Made by a program: the position numbers and the translations under genes. From contig CAJVPI010000161.1 of the NCBI GenBank assembly GCA_910592345.1, positions 1-47,614 of the forward strand: DNA of 47,614 nt, in the 5' to 3' direction. Source of the stretch: Paraglomus brasilianum (lineage: Eukaryota). Positions 12,329 to 26,447 of the stretch are shown piece after piece. The number at the start of each line of letters is the position of its first letter. Position 1 is the first letter of the stretch. A model generated the notes under the pieces. The model was not told the origin of the DNA and did no database searches. It saw only the letters and a program-made list of their open reading frames with translations.

Positions 12329-15300
12329 ATGATAACAAAAAGCAGTCTACAGAAGACGACATTCTTAGAAGAACATGCAGGACAGTATGGTTACGATGGA
12401 AAAATAGACCGAATACGAGATGAAGAATATCCGCAGTTAAAAAGTATGTGAATGATATCGCCATGTTTAAAATCTGATAGAGTTCTAACACTTCTTGATA
12501 CGAAAGATACAATCTATCTGGATCATGCGGGCACAACGATTTATGCTCAGAGCACCTTTAAAGCTTTTGCCATTGATCTTGCTTCGAACCTCTACGGCAA
12601 TCCACATAGCAAATCGCCGAGCTCTAATCTTACGGCACAAAAGCTAGATTCGGTTCGCACTCTAGTTCTTAATCACTTTGACACTACTCCTGGAGATTAT
12701 CAAGTAATATTCACGCAAAATGCAACCGCCGCAATCAAACTAGTTGGAGAATGTTTTCCATGGACAAAGAATAAAAGTTGGCTAAAATATTTGAGGGAAA
12801 GTCATACAAGTGTCATCGGATTGAGAGCATTTGCTAAAGAGAATGAAGTCGATTTTAGTACCGTTAATGAAGATGAAATCGAGAGTATGATTAGAAAGAA
12901 GAATAATGATCTGGCTAGCAATTTATGTGAAGATAGTCAAACTGTCTATAACCTTTTTGTTTATCCTGCTCAGTGCAACTTTTCAGGGATGAGATTCCCG
13001 TTAAGTTGGACACAAGGAATTAAGGAAAAGTTCAATAATGATTCATCTAGAGTATTAGTCTTGTTAGATGCAGCATCATATGTTATGACTTCACAACTGT
13101 CTTTAAAGGATACTGAAACATCACCAGATTTTGTAAGTATAAGCTTTTATAAGATGTTTGGATATCCAACTGGAATCGGTGCTTTGTTGGTAAAAAGCGA
13201 GTTGGCACCAATTTTGAGGAAAAGATATTTTGGTGGTGGAACAGGTGAATATAGTACATGTCCTTATTTTTGATCTGACTATAGTACTAACCCTTGGTGT
13301 CTAATATATGATTCAGTTTCAGCAGTTCTTTATGACATTGATTACCAGCAATTTAGGCCATCTTTATCAGAAAGTTTTGAAGATGGAACTACAAATTTTT
13401 TGAGTATCATTGCACTTTCTCATGCATTTTCTACATTTATAGCCCTTTTTACTTCATTTAATCAAGCTACCTTGCACACCTCATCACTTATTTCATATCT
13501 TTATACTCAAATGTCTTCATTAAAGCATTACAATGGGTCACCTGTTTGTAAGATCTTTAGTACTAGGGATTTTAACAATCCAGTAGAGCAGGGACCTGTG
13601 TTGAATTTTAACCTTAAAAAAGCTGATGGGTCATGGATAGGGTTTTCAGAGGTAGCAAGGTTGGCAGGTATTCAAAATATAGACTTGAGAGTAGGAGGTC
13701 TGTGTAATCCTGGTAATGTCACCAAATGGTTTAATGTCAGTCAAAAAGAGTTGATGATGGCTTTCCAGGTAAGTTTGAATATATAGATAACATGAAATTG
13801 TTATTGATATTTTAATTGTATCTTTATTATAGTCGGGAAAAGTGTGTGGAGATGACCAAGATGTAATCAATGGGAAACCAGTGGGATCAGTCCGGGTTTC
13901 TCTAGGAGCCATGTCAACCATTGATGATGTATTGGCCTTGATTGATTTTGTTAAAGAATATTTTGTTGAAACAAGTCCTCCTGTGGAGAGATTTAGGACT
14001 AAACACTTGTCTAAAAACATGCATCTGAGTTCGGTTACAATTTGCAAGTATACTAATGCCAATCTACCTTAGTGAATTTACATAATTGAGTTTGCAATTA
14101 ACGAGAATATTTACTTGTATGTGTATTAATGGATACAGATCCAATAAAATCATGTAAAGGGTTTTCAACTGATCAACCATGGCCAATTTCTCAGCAAGGC
14201 TTGTTATACGATAGAGAGTGGATGTTGATTGATGCTCAATCAGGAAGAGCATTGAGACAAACACAGTAAGTTAATTTTTATGGTTACAAGAATGTTAATT
14301 ACAACTACTTATTGTTCAATTATAGGTATCCCCGAATGGCTTTAATCAGTCCAGCAATCGACTTGATTAATAACGTCTTGGTTATCAGTGCACCTGGATT
14401 ACCTTCTCTTACAATGCGACTAAATGAACTTTCTAATTTTGAAGTGGAATTGCGTGAATCAAGAATTTGTGGTGACAAGTAAGTTATGCTCATAATCTAT
14501 TGATAAGCAATGTTGATATAAAATGGAATTGCTTATGCGTTTATGCGTTCGTATGTAATCCCCAGAATTAATTCGCTAGAATACACTTCGCTCGAAATAA
14601 CATCGTTTTTCTCTAAATTCTTAAACGTCTCTTGCTATCTTGCATGCCAATCATCGTTCTCACGACGTTATATCAAAGAGAAACTTAGCTCATCAGCAAA
14701 TGCTCCGTTGTCGTTATCAAATGAAAGCCCATTTCTGCTGGTTTCGCAAAATAGCTTTGATTGTTTAAAGAGTCAGATCGGATCTGAAAAGGAACAAGTG
14801 ATAGATTTGAGATCATTTAGAGGAAACTTTGTTATAGAGGGGGCCGAAAGGGCGTATGAAGAAGATGATTGGAAACTTTTAAGAATTGGTGAGCAATTTT
14901 TTGAGGTATGTTTTATTAAATTTTGCAAGTGATTGTTATGCTCATTTTGAAATATGAAGTGCTTTTGACAAGAATTTGAAGTTTTTATGGAGCGCGTTTT
15001 TCAATACATATTTGATGCTAACATATTTTACATGCTGTATAATATCACTAGCTTCTTGGTCCTTGCACTCGTTGTCAAATGATATGTATCAATCAAGATA
15101 CTGGTGAGCGTACCCGCGATCTTTATTCAAGTTTGGTAAAGTGCCGATCTACAAATGTAAGTATTAGGTAGAGGCTTTTAGACATATTGTTTTTATGTTA
15201 AATTTCTCTATGTTGCTGACTGAACTATATACAGGGTAAAATCAAATTTGGTCAACATATGGTTCATGTCCCAAAGCTTTCAAAGGCCCCATATGTTATT

Positions 15301-15348
15301 TCTTCTGGTATGGAAGCGGAAATTCTAGAACTGAGGAAGATCGAGTAA
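12329..15348 (+). CDS. hxB: Molybdenum cofactor sulfurase (NifS-like PLP domain plus MOSC domain), 9 exons
   Basis: Exons 12329-12443, 12507-13244, 13317-13768, 13833-14043, 14139-14265, 14326-14478, 14566-14905, 15052-15156 and 15235-15348 splice in frame. Motifs YLDHAG, GNPHS, SFYKMFGYPTGIG, FGGGT, FEDGT, CNPG, YPIKSC, YDREW, FRGN, CTRC. Confidence 0.95.
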
Positions 15349-15508
15349 ATAACAAGACATGTTTTTATGCTCATTGTTATTTCTTCTGGTATGGAAGCGG
15401 AAATTCTAGAACTGAGTAAATGACAAGAGACGCTTTTATGCTCATTGTTATTTCTTCTTATTCTGGTATGGAAGCGGAAATTCTATATATAGAACTGAGG
15501 AAGATCGA
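15294..15508 (+). repeat. Three tandem copies (~71-81 bp) of the hxB 3' end
   Basis: TGTTATTTCTTCT..GGTATGGAAGCGGAAATTCTA..GAACTGAG starts at 15294, 15375 and 15446. Confidence 0.9.
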
Positions 15509-18500
15509 ATATAGAAATTGTTAACGTAGTTGTATGATAAACAAACTAGATACGAACTATAATATAATACTATTATCAATACCGTTATGTCTTGTTAATA
15601 AAATTATCTTGGGATATTAAAGTTGAATTACATTTTAGTGTGGTATGTTCGTAGAAACACTGTAACATTCTGTTATTATATAAATAAACATCCTCATTAA
15701 TGTCGATAATAATAATTATTTCCTTATTTATAGAACAAAACATAGCCAAATGTACGTATTATATTATAGATATCGGGGCGTTTATTATTTTATATTTTAT
15801 TGGTAAAAAAAGAATATTATTGACCGGGGATACTTTCAACTCAACTTAACCTTGCAAACGTGCTCCGCACGTCAGAGGCGGCTACATATACAGTAAATAT
15901 CCCTACACATGTCACCCACTATTAAGCTATACAAATAAGATTCTATTTGTCAGCTAACTCCTTGCTCCAATTAAGTTTACGCTTTCTAACCATTGCTCTT
16001 AGGTAACTCCAAGTCTAATGTTCGAAAGTGCTACGCCGGTTCTCTAAGAGTCATAGATCTCAATGCAATTGGCAATTATGAAAAGAAGAGTATTTTAATA
16101 AGAAGTTAATTGATAGATTACCTCGACCTAGCTTATTAATTAATAGCATGCCTAGTGCTGCGTGATCTGATTATGGAAAAAAGGAAACAAGATCAAATGC
16201 TAAAAATTTTGTGCAAAGTTAACATGGGTATAAATTCAAGCTAATTAATTGAACTGTCAACTAAGTGGAGTGGCAATTCTCATTACTTTTTGCACTGTAC
16301 TGTAATAAAACAAATGCCTTATTGTTTAGTTATAAGTTGCGAGTTTTGAGTCTCTTCCGTTTAGAATTATTTAATTTTAGCTTGATCCCGTCGAATTCTT
16401 TAACAGAAAACGATTCTTCAGCGCTAGCAATATGAACAAGGCGAGAACTATACCAGAAAAACGAAAAATTTACAATAATAACCTTAACTCGTATACTTCG
16501 TCATGGCTCGATTTTATTTTACGCTTCCTATTTAGACAAGCATTGATGCCAAACATAGTGTGGTCATATCTTTTGTATCTCCACCATTTAATATCGATAT
16601 ATTAGATATATTCCACCTGACGGATTTCCCTCTGTTGTATTTCAGTATAAATTTACTCATTTGTGTCTTCAGATATATTCCTATCTTGCTGTCCCAAATT
16701 CCATGCATATCATATAATGATCTATTTTAAGTTATACGATACTAATATTACACGAGTCATATCCCTAATTTACTATATTAATATATGATACTAGTATTAC
16801 ACAAACTGTCATGTCATTTCTATTTTTACATTCTGTACAAAGCCTATTAATCATTGCCACATTTCTTGAGAGGTTAATAATAATTAGCAAGAAATATCAA
16901 ACCGCGATCGGGTCATAAACACGCCACTTTTAACAACCAGACAACGTTTAAGCCAAGATCATAGTTCTCAACTATATAAAAGCATGAATTGTTTAACCTT
17001 CCCGGTATTAAAAAATCGAATTTATCATTAAAATCAATTTTAGTATGGATGCTGTAGCTCCGCAAACATGTTGACGAGGAGGAATTATTTCTGTACGAAC
17101 GAAAAGACAGGCACTTGATATAGTTAAAGTTCTTAGAACAAAGAGATTTTACAACAGAAAATGATGTTAAATATATACGCAATATAATTCGATGCTTAGA
17201 TTAGTCCGTAGAAAAGGCTAAATATAAATGCCATCCAAATTTATTAACCAATCAAATTTCATGTTATGCTACCTCATTTCAGATATATCCCCGTCCAAAG
17301 GGAGGATATAAACGAGGTATGACTGTATTTTTGGTATAGGAATTGATGCGTCATCATCTCAAATGTAAGATAATGTTATGGGAGAGGAAACCAGTTCCTT
17401 GGTATAAAGGAGACATAAGCGTAATTGCTTAGTCATTTTTTGGTTGCTGTAAATGCAGTGTGATAGTTATAGTTGACTAAATTCAAGGTCACTTTATCCT
17501 GACCAATATTTCAGTATTATATCAATATGAGCATTTTTATCATACTATACTGCCTAGCAGACTTCAAGCTAATGAAAAGCCAAAAATTAACAAATTTGAG
17601 GTCAACAATTACTATGCAAAAACTAGATTCATCGCTATGTCAACTATAATTCAGCACACAAGCAATTTAATGTAAACAATTGCGAATACTTCTCCTTGTA
17701 TCTATAATAAAATTATGTCATCAAAAATAAACATAATTTTTTGTTAGTATAGTTTTTATATTTTACACAAAAAAAGTTAATCAGTAAGTGCAATATACTG
17801 TATATGAAAATCTGAATAAAGAGCAAAAAGAAAAGCTAATGCAACATTCCGGTCCATAAAATCGCCGATTTATAATCGACAATAAAAACTAGAAATAGAA
17901 ATGAGCATAACTATTACTAATTTTTAACGCGGAGTTATGTGCAATTACTTATTGTGAATTAGTATAAGGTCAAATAGTAAAGTGTTTGAATTACCATAAG
18001 TATAACTCCCTAATGCAAATTCTCAAGCATGGGGCTTAGTAAATAAATGCGCGAGATCCGTTCTAATACTCTTATTTTCCTAATCGTAATCCACGTGATT
18101 TACATATTATATGTTATTTGTTGCAAAAATATTGTCATATACATAACAAGTTTAAATATCACAATTTATACATAACATTATTATTTATTATTATAGATCT
18201 AGTTCTGCAAAGAAAGAACATGACATTTGAGTAGAATCTTAATCATATCATTTTAATTAATATTAATATTGCCAAAGGGCGGGCAAAACTTTAAATTATG
18301 TCAATCCTGGGATTAAGAGCTGTTACCTGTGTTTAAAGAACGAGTAATTTTAATGAAAACAAAGTAACAAGCACAAATCTTAGTTAATATTTAGAACATT
18401 GATAGTAAAACCTTTATGTAATTTAGACAAATTATAAGTAAAAGAAAATAATAATAATTGCATTTTTAGTTGTAAATTATTAGAGCGTTTTCCTATCAAG

Positions 18501-18559
18501 GTAAACCCTCCATAAATGCAAATAGCACTTAATACAAGGTTGCATTTACGGAGGTTTAC
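18501..18559. repeat. Short inverted repeat (mini-MITE or TIR remnant)
   Basis: GTAAACCCTCCATAAATGCAA ... TTGCATTTACGGAGGTTTAC: ~20-bp arms around an ~18-nt loop. Confidence 0.65.
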
Positions 18560-18812
18560 AGTACTTGATGAGCAATAAATCTGTCAACCTTAAAAATCCA
18601 GCTACACACAGATCAATCATTCAAATCTCTTTTTGATATAAATTCGAGAATCATGTATTCTTTGACATTAATTACAAAAGATTTGATAAGTTAGCTGGCA
18701 TACTATTTGTATTTTGTTATTTGATAGCTTACTATACAAGTTAATCTATATTATATCTATTATATTCAGACTTTATAAATATCACATACATCACATATAG
18801 TGTTCCATCTAT

Positions 18813-19995
18813 TTACTTGAATGATTGTGCCCAAATGTGTGCTTCACTGCAAACAGTCTCGTCACCGTTTATCCAAACTCGTTTCATACACGGAAACTTT
18901 GCATTTAATAAAGGACGAATTATTGTAGCATTAATGCCAGACACATTTTCAAACCGCAAGCATTGCAAACGTTTGAGTCCAGCAATCGTATACAGAGGCA
19001 TACACTTGCTTAAACTTGCATTCTTAATAGTCAGATATCTCAGCGAGTTCCCTTGCCTGTCAAGCGCACGAAGTATTCTTTGAGGATCGATGCTGATATT
19101 ACTCGATGTAAACTTGAACGTCTCTAATGACCGTTGAGCTATCAGAAACTTTGCAATATCCTCTATATGTTCCTGTGATGAGATAGTGACTTTGAGAGAA
19201 CGCTGTATGTAGTTGAAATAGAATAAATCGTGTGTGTTTAAGATTATCGGCAAACGTAAATCAGATAGTCGCCCACCGTCCCACTAACTAGTCCAATAGT
19301 TCATAACTCATACACAAGATACTGTGTCAACTAACATTATAAACTAGAGCGCTTACCAGATTTCTCCAATACTTGTATTCGATAAAGTGATGCCAGCCCA
19401 CTTCGCTATTGCATTCAACAACCAGATCCTGTATATGTGCAGTGACAGCATAAAACTCATAAGCTGACATTGTAATATCATCCTGAGTTCCACCTATCTT
19501 GAGACCAGACAATGAAACACCCAATCCGATCAACATCTTGCATAGCAATCGCATCACTGTAACTGCCCTGTAAGCATCATCCATTTCGCTGCCTCCTAAA
19601 TAGAACGGTCTGCTCTCACTACCTTTAGGTGTGTTCCTAACCCACTCTAACCACTTGCGTATACTAGTCACCATCGCCCCAACGTCCAAATGCTTCAAAT
19701 ACAATGGGTAACGGATTCCGCTAAATTTACTTGCTGGCAACTTTATTCTACAAGTGACGAGCAACTCGTTCTCTTGTTCGTTCGTAAAGCTCAAAAGGTA
19801 TGTTTTAACAGTACAGCATTTTTGATGTATGTAATCGAATTCGAACGGTCTCTGCCAAACCATAGCGGAGGCAATACGAAACCATTCTCGATTGACTAAT
19901 GCGCAGCTGGCTAAATGGTTTAGAGGAAGTAAATCGAATATCAGTTGAAGTATTTCCACAGGAAGGGATACATATATATGAGTAGACAACTCCAT
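18813..19995 (-). CDS. F-box/LRR-like protein, 2 exons (19995-19357, 19202-18813)
   Basis: F-box LPVEILQLIFDLL...SCALVNREW...WQRPF and family motif YPLYLKHLD. A GTAAGC donor and TACAG acceptor join the two ORFs in frame; the C-terminus is LRR-like. Confidence 0.85.
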
Positions 19996-20637
19996 GTGTA
20001 AGTAAATGTTTAGTGAGCGAAAATGGTTTTTAAAAAAGAGAGTTATGTGTGTGATGGACTTTTCAGCTTATTGCACATTTTGTGTGACTCTTAAACGAAC
20101 AACGTCATGACGTTTGTTAATAGCACAATGCATAAGACCCTAACTACCAATAGGAATGTATCTACGTTTAATCTGATAGGGTAAACACACCAAACAAAAC
20201 AAAATACTCGATTTAACGGTCAGTTACCAAATGTTCTACTATCAATATCATGAGTTAAACGCCGTTCACCTTATTGTTTGGTGTCAGTCGAATATTGTGG
20301 AAGATTGTCAACTTGGATGATTCACTAAAGTCAGAGAGGATTGAACAATTAGTCCCAAGAAAGAACCTTATTTGTGATATTCCAATGTTATGTATTATGA
20401 AAGTTCGAATTGCTAGCCATCAGACGTTCGGCAAAGTATACAATCGATGGATGGGCAACATAACTATCCAGTAATATTACTATCGATTGCATCGAGTCAT
20501 CGCAATTTTTTATTTGGTGATACCGATTACACTTATCAAGATGATCAAATCAAGATTATAGTGATAAGCATCTTTATCGGATCATCATATGAATACTAAT
20601 ACAGTACAGTATCTGTATAGGTAACTTGGGACAAAGA

Positions 20638-21857
20638 ATGCAAAAATTATTCTACCCGAGATGGCTCAAGAATTATTTGCATCGATTGTAAGTGTAAGAC
20701 TTATGTATTTCAAAAACAGCTAGTTTTTTATATACAGTATTTTATTTGAACTCATCCGATTATATCATAAACACTGTTCACAGACATCCTCTCCAATCTG
20801 TATTGTTAGTGATGCGGCCTGAACAAAAGAGACAAACAGGCCAAACTAATTTCGATTCTCAGATAGCATCTATGCACTTACAGAACCTATTCTCCACTTT
20901 ACATAATAAGAAACATGAGAAACCTTCTGAAATTTTGAGAGACACATTTGGTTTCTTGCTGAAAAGACAGGAAAGTTCCATTCCTGAGACTGGTAATTTC
21001 AATCAACTTAACAGCATGTGAATTAAATGGCATCTTATTATAAAAGTAGTGTGATTACTGTAGGTCTTGGTGTATATTTACATGGGAGGGCAAAGAAAGG
21101 ATATATAGTCTCTATGTATCCTGGTAATGTATTGTTCATTTAATACAGTTACAGTAACATTGTATTATACTTGAATCTTATTACGCCTTGGCCTTTTAGG
21201 TACAATTTATTTCTCAGGTGATCCAATGTTTCTGGTATCTCTTAATAATAGCTATATACTAAAGTGTACTAATGGTTTCTTTTTTGATGGCAAACCATAT
21301 GGTAGTATGATACCCACTCATTAACTTTGTAACATGGGTGTAATTTCTGATAAATCTAATATGTTTTGCTATGTGTAGGATTATCTAAATATATATTCAA
21401 ATCATTATACAAGAGAATAAATTATCCTGGTGTGTTTCCTACATGTGATATATCATGGCTTGAGAAGAATGATGAAGACTTAAAGTTTAGTAATGAACAA
21501 AAATGTTAATTGAATGTTGAGCAAGAATGAATACTTACATGTATTAAATGTAGGAATCCACTTACAATTGGTCAATTTGTGAATAATGGCACTTCTATAT
21601 ACAAGGCAAATGGTAAGATATAAAAGCTAGTGCTTATCACAACAATGATAATGTTTGGTCTTACTTCCATCTGTTGGTCAGTTAGATATCAAGAGCTTGA
21701 AATCGACTCACTGCCTATAGAGCTGTGGAAATACATACCAAATATCCATTATGCTAACAATGAAAGCATTGCAAAAGCCAAAAAAGTAGTTGTTCTTGTT
21801 GCAACTAGAGATATCAAAGATGAAGAACTTTTTTCTACTTATATTGATGTGAGTTAA
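20638..21857 (+). CDS. SETD9: SETD9 (C5orf35)-like SET domain protein, 7 exons
   Basis: Exons 20638-20687, 20784-20992, 21064-21123, 21200-21301, 21379-21484, 21554-21612 and 21682-21857 splice in frame. Motifs GLGVY, VSMYPGTIY, NPLTIGQFVNN, ANVRYQE, PIELWKYIPNIHY, VVLVATRDI.DEELFSTY. Confidence 0.88.
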
Positions 21858-22421
21858 TGTATAACCCCAGTTATTTTGTGTATAATAATAACAATAGAGA
21901 TCCAAGATTCCTTTTGTTTTTGGATGTCAAAGCAAACAGACTTTTTATGCAATTATAATTAAGTGGTTATTAAGTTAGATTATTAATATTGAAATGTGTG
22001 TAATTTTTTTCATTAATCTATAAGTTGAGTCACAACAATAAGTCCTCTAGTCACAACACATTGCAATGTAATAGTCACAAAATAAAGGAGGGATAAATTG
22101 ATGAATTGAATACAGAGAAAAGGAAAGCTCCTTCTAATAGTATATCAAAGAAGATGAGGCACAATATTTCATGTTCAACAATGCCACCGCCATGCATTAT
22201 GCTCACTGCTGTGTCCGATTATTATAATCTACACTTTATCTACTATTTAACATCCATTATTTGCATGAGAACTCATCAGCATTTATTAATTTGACCAGTA
22301 TTGACATATGAGTTTTTAGTATGGAACTTTATTGCAAACTACTACAGAGGCTAACTATGATAAATAAGTACAAGTATATTGTATTTAATTGAAAGACGTA
22401 AACTCATAAATAATCCGCAAA

Positions 22422-25058
22422 TTATAAGTTTACTTCAAGAGAGGCTTGAGTCACTAAGTCATAGTCATAGACAATAAACGATATTAATATTGTAATTGAC
22501 TTCATTATATTAAAATAATCACTTGTTGTCTTCATACCTGCAGCTGAATCCAAATCATAATCATGGCTATTTCTTGATTTAGGTAAATTTCCAGTAGGTA
22601 AGAGTTTACTAGAGTATTTAATTACTTTCTCGAGATGTGATAATGGTCTTACATCATTATGATAAATGGTATTCCATGCATTGTTGTCAGAATTATCCCC
22701 ACGCACCTCTTCAAAAAGGTTGCCCATATAATCCTCAAGTCTCTGTGAATCTGGACGCTTATCAGGATCAGCATCACAACACCACTCAGCAATCTTTTTA
22801 TATTCTTCTGGTGCTGAATCAGGCATCATTGGCCGTTTTCCACCCATAATATCACATACTAAGTCCCTATTGAATTCTCTATCTCTGAAAGGTGGTTCAC
22901 CAGTGGCCATCAAATACATAATAATACCAAAAGAATATATGTCTGATTTCTGAGTAAATTTGCAAGTATTAAAAACTTCTGGTGCAATAAAGGGTAAAAT
23001 GCCTTGAATGGTTGGATTTTGTCTACATAAATTCACTGATTGAGAAAGACCAAGATCACATATGAATGAATTTATAAGAAAGTCTTTTTCCATTGCATGC
23101 TCTTGATATTCATAATAACAGTGCAAGAGAATGTTTCCACTATGAAGATCACAGTGCACTAGACCCTCATGATGAAGTTGTCTGAGATCATGTGCAATCC
23201 CCTGCAAACGATGTAATTTCAGCTTCCATGTCAATCTGTTAATATTTTGACCCAAATAAGACAAAAGACTACCATTGTTAGCATATTGCATAACAATCAT
23301 GTAATCTTTTGTTTCTGGCTCTTGTGTGGCTCCATAAATGGAAAGAAAACCATGCGAACACCTGGCATGATTTCTGATCTATTAAAAAAATAATACAGAG
23401 TCACATCAAATATCATTTAAATTATAATAATATCAAAGTTTGCTTACCTCAGAAATAAATAATGCTGGCATTTCATCAAAATTTTTAAACTGTTTGAGTA
23501 CAACAGTTTCTGGCATCATACATTCTTTTGCTAAAGACTTTTTATACTTGGCAGTATAAATTGTTCCATAACCACCAACTCCAATTTGTTTAATTTCATC
23601 AAAGTCATAATACTGAAAGTACTCAACAAATTTGTTGAGCTGCACAAATCTACTCACTATTGTATGTATTTCATGGTAGAAAACTAAATAATATTCCTGA
23701 GTAGATGGCTTTTGAGCAATGCCAATAATCCAAACATTATCTGATGTTAATATCTTCGGGTATTCCTTAGTTAGCTATTTAAGTAAACATCAGTCATTAT
23801 GAAAACAATCAATTTAACAGTGATGGCATATTTAATAGTATTTGCATTATTTTACATATAAAATAATTTACCTGATGAAAATCAAATAACTGAGCATCCA
23901 GTCCATCAATTATCTTTTTGAGGGTCACTTGTATCAATTCATTTGTCCCTGGATATAACCAATCTGCTATATGTGTGCAGCCATGGCGTAATGAGGTCAC
24001 TTCTTGTACATTTGTTAATAGAGAGTATTCAATCCATTGTATATAAGGATCATATGTTTTCCCCATATTACTCCATGATTCCATAATAAGTGAATTCAAA
24101 GACTTGTTGCCTGTAGTCCAATTAGGAGGTGCTGGTGCTTTACATTCAAAACAGAATCCATTTATCCAAGGTTCTAATTGCTTTGTACATGTCAGACATA
24201 AACCAGTCTCATCATACTGTTTTACTAGATAATACTTCTGTTCACTTGCTTTATATGTAAATCCAATAGTAACCCAAACATCCATAGCAAGAATATCTGG
24301 ATGGTCATCACATAACTAGTGGAAATATACATAAGTCAATATTTATCTAAACAATAAATAAACATATTATATTCATATAAATATTTGATAGTCACCTTGT
24401 CATAATATGAATCATCTGTCTTGTCTGTTATTTCAAGCGGTGTCAATGTAACTCTTATATAATCATCAGTAATAGAATCGAAGTATCCATATCCACATCT
24501 CTCATCATAAATACAATCAAATGGAATCCATTCCAAATAGGCTTGATTTGCTGAATTTGTTTGTAATTGGGATTTCTTAATAAATTCATCGAGTTGCTTA
24601 TTCTTGCTCCATCCATCGGATAATTGTTTATACCCGCAAATACACCACACGGGACTACATCGGAGTATTCCACATGCAGTGCAGAAGCCATATTGAGAAT
24701 AACAGTAGTAAAAGAGGTTATTGGCAACCATGTAATAGTTGTTTTTATACTTGGTGAATCCTTGTATGTGACGGTTGCGACGATTAAGCCAAATGAAATA
24801 TCTTCTAAAGTTGTCGCTATTATTATTGTACTTGTGTGTTGGAAGTGAGTATATTCTAGCAAACGCACTCACTAGCGTCGGTGTGCATTCTTTGCTTTTT
24901 CCAAGGAGTACCAGTATTGTCTTGTTATAGTGATAAGTAGCATAATAGACGTTGTTAAATTGAGTTGGCTTTATGTCGTCGATTTCCTTGTAAGGAATCC
25001 GTGCATATTCGCATGATTTAATTAAGTCGTCAATTGCTGAACTATTAACAGCCCCCAT
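22422..25058 (-). CDS. TKL-like protein kinase with N-terminal Cys-containing degenerate kinase modules, 5 exons
   Basis: Exons 25058-24396, 24315-23872, 23774-23448, 23378-22538 and 22453-22422 splice in frame. Motifs GVGGYGTIY, VVLK, HCDLHSGNIL, DLGLS, APE, SDIYSFG, PDKRP. Confidence 0.88.
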
Positions 25059-25666
25059 CGTTTGAATCAAAAATTTTTTCAAGGAGAAAATTCTCAACTT
25101 ATTGTGTTGCATTGCACATTGATCAATTAGATAATGGGGAGTTGCAAGCGGAGCAGATTCTGTGCCACGCTGCAGATCGCCACAATCATCACAAGCGCCA
25201 CCACAAATTTGGGTATCATGTGATATCAGATCACAAAGTTTCATTATTTGAACCCCTTTATCTGTTAATTCAGGCTGGGCTTTATTATAATATCAATTTT
25301 GAAACTTGAATACGAGTTGACTCTTATGATATTAACTGACTAGTGCGCTATTTGTATTTTTACTTACGACAGGATAAGACATCAGGGGATGTTAGAACGA
25401 TGGACATGTTTCAGAAGAACACTTTGAATATTATTACAAAGGCATCCATCAATGTCATGACAAAAGGGATGGGATGAGTGAAGTGTGGTTTCAGAACAAC
25501 TATAAATTAGATAGCTAAGTAGTGATATTCTGGCAACGAAAAACTTTCAACAAAGTCATAGTGACAGACACATAAACGATCAATAAATCACAATCTTGTT
25601 TTATTTCTGACTTTGTTTCAACAATGATAATATCGCTCCTAACGAACCGATTAAACTTTCTATCGA

Positions 25667-26447
25667 AGAATTATCCCCATTCACCTCTTCAAAAGATTGC
25701 CCATATAATCCTCAAGTCTCTGTGAATCTGGACGCTTATCAGGCACAACACCACTCAGCAATCTTTTTATATTCCTCTGGTGCTGAATTGGGCATCATTG
25801 GCCGTTTTCCACCCATAATATCACATACTAGCTAGTCCCTATTGAATTCTCTATCTCTGAAAGGTGGTTCACCAGTGGCCATCAAATACATAATAATACT
25901 AAAAGAATATATGTCTGGTTTCTGAGTAAATTTGCATGTATTAAAAACTTCTGGTGCAATAAAGGGTAAAATGTCTTGAATGGTTGGATTTTGTCTACAT
26001 AAATTCACTGATTGAGAAAGACCAAGATCGCATATAAATGAATTTATAAGAAAGTCTTTTTCCATTGCATACTCTTGATATTCATAATAACAGTACAAGA
26101 GAATTTTTCCACTATAAAGTCACAGTGCGCTAGACCCTCATACTCATGATGAAGTTGTCTGAGATCATGTGCAATCCCCTGCAAACGATGTAATTTCAGC
26201 TTCCATGTCAATCTGTTAATATTTTGACCCAAATAAGACAAAAGACTACCATTGTTAGCATATTGCATAACAATCATGTAATCTTTTGTTTTTCTGGCTC
26301 TTGTGTGGCTTCATAAATGGAAAGAAAACCATGCAAACACTTGCCATAATTTCTGATCTATTAAAAAAATAATACAAAGTCACATCAAATATCATTTAAA
26401 TTATAATAATAATATCAAAGTTTGCTTACCTCAGAAATAAATAATGC
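25667..26447 (-). pseudogene. Recent partial duplicate of the kinase gene (copy of ~22689-23466)
   Basis: Near-identical sequence that includes the intron. Indels break HCDL, create a stop after FNRD and delete 8 bp in the CDADP region. Confidence 0.92.
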
